Virus record (IMG/VR): IMGVR_UViG_3300044701_000569
Coordinates: 293,560-357,559 of that record
DNA length: 64,000 nucleotides
Strand: one strand, 5' to 3'
Below are positions 44,554 through 53,843 of the stretch, in pieces. The notes under the pieces were generated by a model, which saw nothing but the letters and a program-made list of their open reading frames with translations, had not been told where the DNA came from and ran no database searches. Each line of letters opens with the position of its first letter. Positions within the stretch are counted from its first letter, which is position 1. The position numbers were made by a program, and so were the translations under genes.

Positions 44554-44751
44554 TTACATAGTGTTCTTTTTGTCCTGGATTTCTCCACGACGGGCCTTGG
44601 ATAGCTTACCAAGCTCACCTAGTGCCTTGCGAGCGCGAGCGGCTGCTGCCTTAACGCCCTTACCTTCAAATGCTTCTGATTCCTTAAGATAATTGTTAAA
44701 TGCTAGAACAATTTCTTCGTGTACGGAATTTGTTGTGGTTGTATCAGTCAT
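44554..44751 (-). CDS. histone H1-like (Hc1-type) basic protein
   Basis: FEGKGVKAAAARARKAL...RRGEIQ. Confidence 0.7.
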   Translation of the reverse strand: MTDTTTTNSVHEEIVLAFNNYLKESEAFEGKGVKAAAARARKALGELGKLSKARRGEIQDKKNTM

Positions 44752-45341
44752 GTGTTTTCTCCTGTAATGATATTATATATTTCTTTCCAACTCTTCACCC
44801 TAGGAATCATGGCATCAACATAATCCATGTTATGTCCATGTTCCACAAGCAACGGTTTAAGTCCAACATTGAGTCCTGCTTTACAGTTGTCAATCTTGTC
44901 TTCGATCCACCAGCATTGGGTATCACGATACTGTTCAAGAACCTTGTCCTTGTCTGCACCTGTGTCTAGAAAGATAAAGTGATCAAAAGCTGTCTCACCA
45001 AATAGTTTGCGCACATTCATCTTGCGCAATCGTTGAGCGTTTCGATCTTTGCTTAGGCTGGTGATGCAATGAAAAACATAACCATATTCTTCATGCAATC
45101 TCTTAACGTAATGCTGTGCATCACGTAGTGCAGGAAGGAAACCAATGCTTGCTGATTCGTTAAAAATCTTAATCAGCTTCCTACCCTGTTCGTCATCGAT
45201 GCCATAACGTTTACCAATAGAGTAAACGAATTGTCCACCGTCTTGTTTTCTAAATCCGTGTTCTTCCATCCAACAGTGGAAGGCCCATTCCCAATCAAGA
45301 ATGACACCGTCTGCGTCTGTAAGTATTACTCTGTCTTTCAT
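44748..45341 (-). CDS. HAD-family phosphatase (5'-nucleotidase-like)
   Basis: DADGV, ITS, WIED. Confidence 0.85.
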   Translation of the reverse strand: MKDRVILTDADGVILDWEWAFHCWMEEHGFRKQDGGQFVYSIGKRYGIDDEQGRKLIKIFNESASIGFLPALRDAQHYVKRLHEEYGYVFHCITSLSKDRNAQRLRKMNVRKLFGETAFDHFIFLDTGADKDKVLEQYRDTQCWWIEDKIDNCKAGLNVGLKPLLVEHGHNMDYVDAMIPRVKSWKEIYNIITGENT

Positions 45342-45372
45342 CTGTTCTCTCTTTGGCTATTACTACTTTTAA

Positions 45373-45400
45373 AGTATAGCACAAAGTTTGGATTTGTCAA
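45373..45400 (-). promoter_or_regulatory. sigma70-like promoter TTGACA-N16-TATACT
   Basis: Read directly; -35 overlaps the PAAR gene stop. Confidence 0.8.
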
Positions 45401-46446
45401 GAGTAATATAACTTGAGTCCAGACTCGTAGTTACCTTTATACATTGTGGTAACCTTGCCTCTTTGTTTGGATTTATTTCTATCGTAGCTGAGATGAATCC
45501 AAATTGTGTTGCCGTGCTCAAAAATAATTTGATCGTAATCTATGTTATCTCTTATCCACTGCGCTCTCGGCAAGTAGTCACGTGGTGCTAATCCAGGCCA
45601 CTGTATGTCCATAGCCATTCCGTTGCAGTGTTGGCTTCCGCTTGAACCTTGTCTAAATCCACTATTAATTCTAATTCCGGGATATTTTCGGTTTACTGGT
45701 TCTGCTACATTTTCTGCTAGATATTTTAAGTTACCCATTAGATCCTGTATTGAATAGCCCTTTTGTGACTGCAATTGATGTTTGAAAACACAGTTAAGAG
45801 TAAAGTCTTTTACGGTGTAGTTAGTTGAGAGCCTATAATTGTAATCAATACTTGAGGGTAGATTAGATGTATCTACATCTCTACGCTCAGGAGCATCACC
45901 TTGTCTTCCGCTGTTATCCACTGTAGAGGGAGAAGTTGGAGCACCTGGTTGTGTGCTTCTATCGTTAGGCGAACTATATGCACTAAATCTAGGATTTGAT
46001 CCCCCGCCGCTTGTTGGTGCACCGTCTTCGCCGCCTTCATCATCTTCAGCGGCACCAGCACCTTCATTGACAATGGCATTTGAACCTGCTGCTGAATAGG
46101 GATCAGTAGCTACTAATACTCCTTCTACAAGTACAGCACTACCGTTGCTTACTGAAAGGTCTCCAACAAAAACTGTAGACTGAAGTTCAACCACAGTAGT
46201 TGCGCCACAGATTCTATCATCGTCATGCCTGTGTACAGGGTTGCTATAGACAAAAACAGATGGGGCGCCTTCAGCAGTTTTAGGATTACAATGCGGGCTA
46301 GCAGGGCACAAACTATCCGGCTGGGCGGGATCCTCGTGTTCTATTACAGGGATACTATTAACAAATACTGTTTGGGGATTTTCAGCAATTAACTGACCCC
46401 CACTGTGTGTATTGGGATCTCCTTGTACTGCCCACAACTTGCTCAT
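45397..46446 (-). CDS. PAAR spike-tip protein fused to peptidase M15
   Basis: GDPNTHSGG, TVFVNSIPV, PVHRHDD..CGA; G/D/S linker; SGFR..SQH..GMAMD...WIHLS. Confidence 0.88.
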   Translation of the reverse strand: MSKLWAVQGDPNTHSGGQLIAENPQTVFVNSIPVIEHEDPAQPDSLCPASPHCNPKTAEGAPSVFVYSNPVHRHDDDRICGATTVVELQSTVFVGDLSVSNGSAVLVEGVLVATDPYSAAGSNAIVNEGAGAAEDDEGGEDGAPTSGGGSNPRFSAYSSPNDRSTQPGAPTSPSTVDNSGRQGDAPERRDVDTSNLPSSIDYNYRLSTNYTVKDFTLNCVFKHQLQSQKGYSIQDLMGNLKYLAENVAEPVNRKYPGIRINSGFRQGSSGSQHCNGMAMDIQWPGLAPRDYLPRAQWIRDNIDYDQIIFEHGNTIWIHLSYDRNKSKQRGKVTTMYKGNYESGLKLYYS

Positions 46447-46455
46447 TTCAACACC

Positions 46456-46746
46456 TTAAACCATTTGGATTCCGCTGGTACTTGAAATGTATTGCTTGGC
46501 CATTTCGCCATCGGTCTTGTGTACAAAAACTAAAGTGTTCTTGTTTATTTTAATTCTAGCACTAGGATTAATAGTAAAACTAAAAGGTCCTAGGCCCAGT
46601 CCTTGGTGTGTTGCCATTACAACCATTGGTTTTTCAATCGTAATAGTAGTTGAGTCTTCCTCTACGAAGCGAGCAACAAGTTCCTCTCCTCCAGTAGTTT
46701 TCATAGATACTGCGTCTTGTGATTTGTATGGTGCTTCTATTAACAT
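46456..46746 (-). CDS. Sm/LSm-like fold protein
   Basis: KTTGGEELVAR...IEKP...YISSTSGI. Confidence 0.65.
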   Translation of the reverse strand: MLIEAPYKSQDAVSMKTTGGEELVARFVEEDSTTITIEKPMVVMATHQGLGLGPFSFTINPSARIKINKNTLVFVHKTDGEMAKQYISSTSGIQMV

Positions 46747-46749
46747 AAA

Positions 46750-47010
46750 TTAAGTTCCTATTGTGTGTCCAGTTCCGTTAAATCCGGTTTCATCTATATA
46801 CTTGGCTAGCTGATCGTAGCCACCAATATACTTTTCTCCTAAGAAAATTTGTGGCACTGAACGTGCATCAGGAACTGCTTCAAGTAGTTCTTCCTTAGTG
46901 TATCCGTCGCCAATTTTCTTTTCTTCAAACGGGATATTTCTTGCCTTTAATAGGGCCTTGGCTCTATCACAGTATGAGCAGTTATATTTGCTCCAAATAG
47001 TTGCTAGCAT
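46750..47010 (-). CDS. glutaredoxin
   Basis: CSYC, SVPQIF, IGGY. Confidence 0.93.
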   Translation of the reverse strand: MLATIWSKYNCSYCDRAKALLKARNIPFEEKKIGDGYTKEELLEAVPDARSVPQIFLGEKYIGGYDQLAKYIDETGFNGTGHTIGT

Positions 47011-47037
47011 TTATATGTTTCCTTTATTAACAATTAA

Positions 47038-48138
47038 TTATAGCGCAGGTAGTTCGTCGTAGTCAATAGCATCACTCATAACACCAATGACATAATTAGT
47101 TGACTCATTTTCTTGCAGTGCTGTCTGCTTCTTGCTGGTATCGCTGTGCTTGTTGAACCAAGGAATAGGAGTAGACTTAGGAGCAGGGTTCCAATACTTA
47201 ATACCTATCTGCTTCAGCGCATCAGTTGCAGTGAAGTCTACAAAGTCTTTTAAGATACCTGCATTCAAACCAATAACTGGTCCCTTCTGGAATAGATAGT
47301 CTGCCCATTCTTTTTCTTCTCTAATAACATCCTTGTAAATCTGTATTACTTCTGATTCACAATCTTTAGCGGCTTGAGCAAAGCGATTGTCTTCTTTAAC
47401 TACTTGATTAATCAAGTAGGCAGTCCAACCTTTGTGTAGCAACTCGTCTTGTAGGATCAAGCTAATGATGTTACCATTACCAATAAAGATCTTATTCTCT
47501 ACCATAGCAAGGCTTGTTGCAAATGATACCATAAAGCGGAATGCTTCCAATCCATAACTAGCATGTAGAGCTAGATAGATTGCTTTAACGTGTTCGTACT
47601 CATCAACTGCTTCGCCTAGTTCTTTGCGACAGTTAATAAGATGTAGCTTATCATAATACAAACCAATGCTTGATGCCATGTCTACAATTTCTTGTGTGTC
47701 GTGAATGGTGTTGAACACATCCTTAGGTACATTGTAGATGTTGCGGATGATATGACTGTAGCTCTTACTGTGAATGTTAGTTTCAAAGAAGCCCCAGTTA
47801 TACATCAGTGCTTCTACTTCTGGAAGACTGCACACAGGCGTAAACACCTGCGTTGGACCTCTACCCTGAAGGCTATCCAAAGCAGTTTGGCGAAGTAGGT
47901 TACTAGTAAAAATATGCTTGACAGCATCACTGGCCTCTTTAAAGTCGTTTGCATCTTTGGTTAATGAGATTTCTTCAGGTTGCCAAAAGAATCCACGTGC
48001 AGTGCTATCATAGTCTGCAATCTTTTTGTACTTGACTTCTTCAAAACGCTGAATCGTTACTGGACCTTCGGGATCCAAAAACATTTTACGTGATAGATAA
48101 TCTGTCTTTGTGCTTAGATTATATTGCTGTTTGCTCAT
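47038..48138 (-). CDS. nrdB: ribonucleotide reductase class Ia beta subunit
   Basis: FFWQPEE, LDSLQGR, ETNIHSKSY, DELLH. Confidence 0.96.
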   Translation of the reverse strand: MSKQQYNLSTKTDYLSRKMFLDPEGPVTIQRFEEVKYKKIADYDSTARGFFWQPEEISLTKDANDFKEASDAVKHIFTSNLLRQTALDSLQGRGPTQVFTPVCSLPEVEALMYNWGFFETNIHSKSYSHIIRNIYNVPKDVFNTIHDTQEIVDMASSIGLYYDKLHLINCRKELGEAVDEYEHVKAIYLALHASYGLEAFRFMVSFATSLAMVENKIFIGNGNIISLILQDELLHKGWTAYLINQVVKEDNRFAQAAKDCESEVIQIYKDVIREEKEWADYLFQKGPVIGLNAGILKDFVDFTATDALKQIGIKYWNPAPKSTPIPWFNKHSDTSKKQTALQENESTNYVIGVMSDAIDYDELPAL

Positions 48139-48377
48139 TTATGATTTCCTGTTATTTTTTCAATTTCATTTACTATAGTCTTAAGCGTAGTCATTCTCCA
48201 CTGCCTAGATTCAGGAATTTCAATTTTAAATTCCTGTTCAATTGATATCATTATTTCAGCTAGATCAAGACTATCTGCACCTAATTCATTTATTAAATTA
48301 GAGTGCGGTTTAATGTCACTGATATTAACTCCTAATTGGTCAACTAGAAGAGTTTTAATTCTACTTTCTATGTTCAT
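48135..48377 (-). CDS. acyl carrier protein
   Basis: ELGADSLD phosphopantetheine motif, EQEFKIEIP; ATGA overlaps with nrdA and nrdB. Confidence 0.85.
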   Translation of the reverse strand: MNIESRIKTLLVDQLGVNISDIKPHSNLINELGADSLDLAEIMISIEQEFKIEIPESRQWRMTTLKTIVNEIEKITGNHK

Positions 48378-50716
48378 AGTTTGCAGGATTCGCAATCGTC
48401 GTCTTCAAAATTGACTTCTTGTTGAGGTTGAAACTCTACTTCAGGATGGAATCCATTTATCTTTTCTTCTACTGCTTTACTGCCTGCTTTGTTAATCAGA
48501 CTGTAGTAGAAAGTTTTAATTCCCCATAGTTGACTCTGCATCAAGTTCTTAGCAATTAGTGTTGTAGGAACTTTGCGTTCAGTAAAGTGTGCAGGATTAT
48601 AGAAAGTATTAGTTGAAATACTTTGATCTACATATGCCTGTAGTACAGCCGCTGTCTTTAGATAGCCAGCACAGTCTTTTTGTTCCCACATGAGCTGATA
48701 CTTATTCTTCAACTTTTGATACTCAGGAACAACTTGTGTAAATGAGCCTGCCTTTGATTCTTTAGTACTGATAAGACTCATTGGCATTTCAATACCGTTA
48801 GTGCTGTTAATAACAACACTACTCGATTCTACAGGAGCAATAGCCATTTGAGTTGCATTTCTAACTCCGTACTGTTTCATATCTGCTCGCAGAGTTTCCC
48901 AGTCTAGTTCTGGAGTAAAGTCTGCTAATTCATTAACACCTTGGGCTCTAAGTTCCCAGGGAAACTGTCCCTTACCATAACGTGTCTTGTCGCTATTCAA
49001 ACAGGGGCCGCGCTCTTTGGCTAATTCAACCGTTGCTTCAGTTAGATAGTATGCTTGATGTTCCATCCAAGTCTTAACTTCTTGTAGTGCATCCTTCTCG
49101 CCATACTTAAGGCTGCGCTTTGCATGCCAGTAGGCTAGGTTAGTAACACCAATACCTAATGGACGAATTTCATCATTACTTAATTTACTTTGTATACTCA
49201 AAAAGTCCTGATAGTCAAGAATATTATTAAGGCTGCGATGTAAAATTCTACAGGCTCTGCGCATGTCTTCTGGATTGCGGAATGCTCCCCAATTGATGCT
49301 GCCTAGTGTGCATAGGGCAATACGACCTGCATCGTCATCTAAACGCTTGAAGGGCTTAGTTGGCAGTAGGATTTCGCAACAGAGGTTGCTCTGATAAATG
49401 GTATCGTACTCAGGATCAAACGGACCTTGATTCATAACATTGTCAATAAACACAAGATAGATACGTCCTGTGTCTGTGCGCTCTTTGAGTATGCCACCTT
49501 TGAAAACATCTTCAGCATTCATAGTCTTCTTGCGCAGATCCTTACGCTTCTCATACTTTACATAGAGTTCTTCAAATAGCTTTGCATCTTTATAAAAAGC
49601 CTCGTACAAATCAGGTACTTCGTTTGGATCAAAGAAAGTTATGTTTTCTTTATTTTTAAATCTTCTCCAGAAGAAGGCACTAAGCACAACCCCATAATCC
49701 ATATGACGGACTCTTGTTTCTTCCGTTCCTTGGTTGTTTTTAAGTACGATGAGATCATCAAACTGATGATGCCAAATAGGATAGAATACAGTAGCACTTG
49801 CATTGCGGATACCTCCTTGTGAGCATGAGCGCAGATCACCAAACCATTTCTTCAAGAAGGGTATCATGCCAGTGTGCATAATTTCTCCGCCGCGGATGGG
49901 CGAACCTAGAGGCCTAAGACGACCAATTTCAAGACCAATGCCAGCACGTTTGCTGGCATACTTGGCCATCATCTCCCCACTAGCAAATATGCTATCCAAA
50001 TCGTCGTCACTGCGGATAAGAACACAACTAGAAAACTGTTTAGTAGGAGTCCCAAGCCCAGCCAACACAGGAGTAGCAAGAGTAAACAAACCATCTGAAG
50101 CACAGTTGTAGTACTCTTTGATGAGACGCATACGGGCCGTGTTAGGTTCTTCTTTATGAAATACAGTTGCGGCAGCAACCATATAACGAACTTGTGGTGT
50201 TTCATAGATTTCCTTTGTCGCACGATTGCGTACCAAATATTTTTCAATTAATTGTTCAATGGCAGCATACGAATACATTTCGTCTTTTTCGTGATCTATG
50301 ATCTCGTCCATTTTGTTCCAATCATCTTCCGAATACCATGTAAGAAGATCAGCTGTATATAATCCAACTTCAACATTTCTCTTTACAATGTCGTAGAGGC
50401 GGGGAGGCTCGTATGAGCCATAAACATCCTTTCTCAACATAGAGAGTCTTTGATTACCTGCTACGTATTGATAGTTAACATGACCAATGTCTGGGTTAGT
50501 TTCAACATCAATGAGGTCTACTACTGCTCGAAGTGTTATACCGTCAATCTCTTGTGTAGTAATACCGTCGTAGAAATGAGGTTGTGCTTTGATTTCAATC
50601 ATTGACTGACTAACATCTGCTATTCCGCTACAAACCTTAGCAACCTGTGCCTGCCACTTTTCAATTGTAAGTGGCTCAATTGTGCCGTTTCTTTTAGTTA
50701 CACTTATCTTGTTCAT
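48374..50716 (-). CDS. nrdA: ribonucleotide reductase class Ia alpha subunit
   Basis: ATP cone, QFSSCVL, QSNLCCEI, CTL, KTFYY, C-terminal CESCKL. Confidence 0.97.
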   Translation of the reverse strand: MNKISVTKRNGTIEPLTIEKWQAQVAKVCSGIADVSQSMIEIKAQPHFYDGITTQEIDGITLRAVVDLIDVETNPDIGHVNYQYVAGNQRLSMLRKDVYGSYEPPRLYDIVKRNVEVGLYTADLLTWYSEDDWNKMDEIIDHEKDEMYSYAAIEQLIEKYLVRNRATKEIYETPQVRYMVAAATVFHKEEPNTARMRLIKEYYNCASDGLFTLATPVLAGLGTPTKQFSSCVLIRSDDDLDSIFASGEMMAKYASKRAGIGLEIGRLRPLGSPIRGGEIMHTGMIPFLKKWFGDLRSCSQGGIRNASATVFYPIWHHQFDDLIVLKNNQGTEETRVRHMDYGVVLSAFFWRRFKNKENITFFDPNEVPDLYEAFYKDAKLFEELYVKYEKRKDLRKKTMNAEDVFKGGILKERTDTGRIYLVFIDNVMNQGPFDPEYDTIYQSNLCCEILLPTKPFKRLDDDAGRIALCTLGSINWGAFRNPEDMRRACRILHRSLNNILDYQDFLSIQSKLSNDEIRPLGIGVTNLAYWHAKRSLKYGEKDALQEVKTWMEHQAYYLTEATVELAKERGPCLNSDKTRYGKGQFPWELRAQGVNELADFTPELDWETLRADMKQYGVRNATQMAIAPVESSSVVINSTNGIEMPMSLISTKESKAGSFTQVVPEYQKLKNKYQLMWEQKDCAGYLKTAAVLQAYVDQSISTNTFYNPAHFTERKVPTTLIAKNLMQSQLWGIKTFYYSLINKAGSKAVEEKINGFHPEVEFQPQQEVNFEDDDCESCKL

Positions 50717-50749
50717 TTTTGTTTGCCAGTACTTTCTTATGTGTGATAT

Positions 50750-51175
50750 TTATTGAAGTGACGGCATAGAGAACTTCTGTTGCGAAACAAGTCCATTAGG
50801 TAACTCTCGTTTGTGTACATGTGTGTCCTCTAAGTATCCGATTACTCTATCATCTACATGGAGTAGATAATATATTTTTGATTCAGCAGGGCTGTATTTT
50901 ATATGTATCTCAAAGGTACTCTTTGAAAACATATCTGTTAATTGCAAAGTATAACAAATCGCCAGAATTTTTACGAATGCGCAGTAAGTGTTTTCCTGGA
51001 TAAGTTCCCAAGGTGAAGGCCATGTGCTCCTGTCATAAGGATCACATTGATATCGTACTATAGGAACTGGCTTGAAAAAATTAATAACAGCTTGTAGAGG
51101 ATCCGTATGATCCTCTAATGTGTTTCTAAAACTTCTCCAGGCTGCTAGTCGCTGTTCGTAATTCTTGCTAAACAT
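50750..51175 (-). CDS. hypothetical protein
   Basis: 141 aa, WPSPWELI. Confidence 0.75.
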   Translation of the reverse strand: MFSKNYEQRLAAWRSFRNTLEDHTDPLQAVINFFKPVPIVRYQCDPYDRSTWPSPWELIQENTYCAFVKILAICYTLQLTDMFSKSTFEIHIKYSPAESKIYYLLHVDDRVIGYLEDTHVHKRELPNGLVSQQKFSMPSLQ

Positions 51176-52797
51176 TAACCCTTGGTTCTTACTCTGTAAT
51201 AGAAATCTGCATCATCACTACTAGTAGAGTTTAACACCATCAGAGCTACTGTGTCAAGTATAGTATCGCCATCTTCGTCAAAATTCTGCGCACTAAATTT
51301 TAAGTTTTCTGCAAAATTAACGTCACCGACATAGTCATAATCATCCGAAAGAGTTTGGATGTCGCTGTATGGATCAACTACAATTTTAATTACGCCTGAA
51401 CGATGTGCCTGGACTTGATTACTTCTATAAACATAATCAATTTCTATGCCTTTGATTGAATTGGCTGGGAATTTGGCTATCTTAGTAGTTTCGTTAAATT
51501 CAACCAATCTTACATATTCTGTAAATGAATGCTGTACCACAGCAGGTGTGTCTACTTCTGGTAAGAAAGGAACGTTGAAAAGGAATTCTAGATTGGTACC
51601 TAATTCTTCTGAACGTTGAAACCAATCTCCTTCGCTTACATTGGTATGTTTTAGGAAAGTTACAACAGGGTGTTGGGGGTTTATAGATGATCCGCCTTCA
51701 TTACCTACATTGAAAAACTTGTTGTTTATACTCTTGTTGTAAACACCGTTCGTTATGCGAATAGCTTCGTTGTCAATGTCATCAAACACACAGTTTGTAA
51801 TTAAATTATGTAGTGGTCCTGTTAGCTGTCCGCTAGTGCCAAGTACTGTTGTTTCGCCAAAGCCAAACCCTTCTAGCATATTAGTAAATTTACTGTCTTT
51901 GAATGTGTTATGTTTGACGTCAAATCTAGAAGACACACCGTATGCAAAACCATTAATGTTAACATTCTCAAAGGTGTTATATGATGTTGTTACAGCAGTG
52001 CTCAGAGCGTTCATCTGTATAGCAATGCTGTTGGCTGTAAAGTCAACGCCTGTTAACCAAACACCATTAATATTAATGTCTTTGAACATGCTCTGTGTGC
52101 AGTTTTCTAATCTAAATGCAGGAACATTATCATACACAATGTCAATAGTAAATCTACTCATTGAAATATGTTTAGCTTGATTAGTTTCTGTAGTTATACT
52201 GTCACTAGCAACAGTTGTTATTGTAGTTGCACCATTTACAGTTCTAAATGCAGGTGTAGTTCCTGTGATTCTAAACACAGTCTTTTCAGGTCCTGCCCCT
52301 TCAATAGTTACATAAGGTGGAATATAGATAGTAGAGGATAGTTCATATACACCAGGTTCTACATAAAGAACAACTCTGCTCTGAGGATTAGTTCTATTAG
52401 CATCATTAATGAACAGCTGATATATAGCACGTTGGAAAGCTGCGGTTTGATCAGTGCCGTCGCCTGGACAACCAAACGCTCTGACACTTACTCTGTCATC
52501 TAATCTTGCCTGTAACGTTCTAGATACAGGACTGTTTACAGTAGCACCTGTTTGAATATAAGGAGCATCGTCTCTGTAAGTATAGGTGCTAGCGTATTCA
52601 AAAAGATTTGTATGTTGTGTAAGAACTTCTGTATTTCCTACATAAGGCGAACCTTCGGAAACAGCGCCGTTTCCTATATAAAGTTTTTGTGAATCTACAG
52701 CCCAGCCAAACTCGCCGCTAGCTAGCTGCGGTACGCCCGAACCTTCATTTTCTCGACCTCTACGGATCTGAATACGGCTTATCTGAATAACTGCCAC
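51175..52797 (-). CDS. virion fibre/tailspike-like protein (Mtd-N-like domain plus pectin-lyase beta-helix)
   Basis: IQIRRG..LASGEFGWAVD.KLYIGNG; VSVRAFG..GDG.DQTAAFQRAI; PGVY. Confidence 0.8.
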   Translation of the reverse strand: MAVIQISRIQIRRGRENEGSGVPQLASGEFGWAVDSQKLYIGNGAVSEGSPYVGNTEVLTQHTNLFEYASTYTYRDDAPYIQTGATVNSPVSRTLQARLDDRVSVRAFGCPGDGTDQTAAFQRAIYQLFINDANRTNPQSRVVLYVEPGVYELSSTIYIPPYVTIEGAGPEKTVFRITGTTPAFRTVNGATTITTVASDSITTETNQAKHISMSRFTIDIVYDNVPAFRLENCTQSMFKDININGVWLTGVDFTANSIAIQMNALSTAVTTSYNTFENVNINGFAYGVSSRFDVKHNTFKDSKFTNMLEGFGFGETTVLGTSGQLTGPLHNLITNCVFDDIDNEAIRITNGVYNKSINNKFFNVGNEGGSSINPQHPVVTFLKHTNVSEGDWFQRSEELGTNLEFLFNVPFLPEVDTPAVVQHSFTEYVRLVEFNETTKIAKFPANSIKGIEIDYVYRSNQVQAHRSGVIKIVVDPYSDIQTLSDDYDYVGDVNFAENLKFSAQNFDEDGDTILDTVALMVLNSTSSDDADFYYRVRTKG

Positions 52798-52826
52798 GAG
52801 TCTCTCCTACGCATTATTTTATATAT

Positions 52827-53507
52827 TTATGCGTACTTCTCGTAATAGTCGTATACCCTATTCCACCATTTTTGTTCCCATTCTTCAAATTCATCGGGCC
52901 ACAAATCAAACTGCTGATATTCTTCGTCTCGTGTACACATAAAAACATGTCCTTCACGTATGTTTGTGCCGTGAATTTCATTGTGCGCTAGAGCATAAGC
53001 AGTCATTTGAAGATAGTAATCCTCAATCCACTCTTTCTTTTTAGGCTTGTTGCTCTGCTTAAAGTCCATAATGCAGGCTTGCCCTTTGTAGATACCTACT
53101 AGGTCTGTTGTACCTGCATAAAGTTGCGGGATATACAGAGGAACTTCGCTGCCCCAGATTTCCGTTACATCGTCTAGTGCATGTACTTTAACCCGAGTAG
53201 CCATTGCGTGAGCTTTTTGTGCATAGGGATTGCTGCCGGGAGTAGGCCATACACCTGAAGCAATGTAGTCTTCTAGGTATTTGTGCATGCGAGTTCCAAC
53301 GCCCGCAGCTTCTGTTGTTATCTCTTGAGCTTTGGCTTCACCTACACGTTTGCGCCATTCTATTAGGTGCGTCATGTCCTTGGTAGCTCCAAGGATTGTT
53401 GTAACGCTGGCTACGGGTGTTCCGTTTGGTGTTAGGTATCTTCTCTTGCCGTTTACTTCTGTACGCTGTAGAGGTTCGTAGGTATACTTGTTAGTTATTA
53501 GTGACAT
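52827..53507 (-). CDS. PD-(D/E)xK exonuclease
   Basis: SVTTIL, GTRMH, SEV, YAGTTD, DFKQS, QMTAY. Confidence 0.88.
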   Translation of the reverse strand: MSLITNKYTYEPLQRTEVNGKRRYLTPNGTPVASVTTILGATKDMTHLIEWRKRVGEAKAQEITTEAAGVGTRMHKYLEDYIASGVWPTPGSNPYAQKAHAMATRVKVHALDDVTEIWGSEVPLYIPQLYAGTTDLVGIYKGQACIMDFKQSNKPKKKEWIEDYYLQMTAYALAHNEIHGTNIREGHVFMCTRDEEYQQFDLWPDEFEEWEQKWWNRVYDYYEKYA

Positions 53508-53522
53508 AATAACAATATAGCA

Positions 53523-53843
53523 TCAAAGCGATTTTAAGTCAACCGCATTCTTTGCCATATTACCTACAGTGTCTCCTGGCCTGCCAGGATTGCCAGGTAG
53601 GTTAGCAAGGTCGTCAGTTTCGCTTGATTTTAATTCTATATTGAGTTTGTCAAAGTTTGTGACTAGCTTCTGTAGTCTAGGATCTGCATCGTATGCAGCT
53701 TTGAAGAGATCATAGGTAAAGTTTCCTTTACCCATGTTCTGCATTAGTTTGTCTAGTTTTTCTATTGACAGTTTAAACTTGCCGCCATCTTTCAAATGCT
53801 TAAGAACTTGAAAGATTGTGTTTGCGTCAGTTGTTTCTGTTAC
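53523..53843 (-). CDS. hypothetical protein, probably made as a -1 frameshift extension of 53840..54580
   Basis: Frame open from the A9G run; no ATG/GTG or SD ahead of the TTG at 53795. Confidence 0.6.
   Translation of the reverse strand, partial: VTETTDANTIFQVLKHLKDGGKFKLSIEKLDKLMQNMGKGNFTYDLFKAAYDADPRLQKLVTNFDKLNIELKSSETDDLANLPGNPGRPGDTVGNMAKNAVDLKSL

Noticed and set aside
47038-50716. Introns or inteins in nrdA/nrdB
   Set aside because: Both ORFs are continuous and of normal length with no splicing motifs.
51175-52797. Diversity-generating retroelement target (Mtd-like N-terminus)
   Set aside because: No reverse transcriptase and no adenine-variant TR/VR repeat pair seen in the window.
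52827-53507. Cas4/CRISPR system
   Set aside because: No repeat-spacer array, no other cas genes and no Fe-S cysteine set; an ordinary phage exonuclease.
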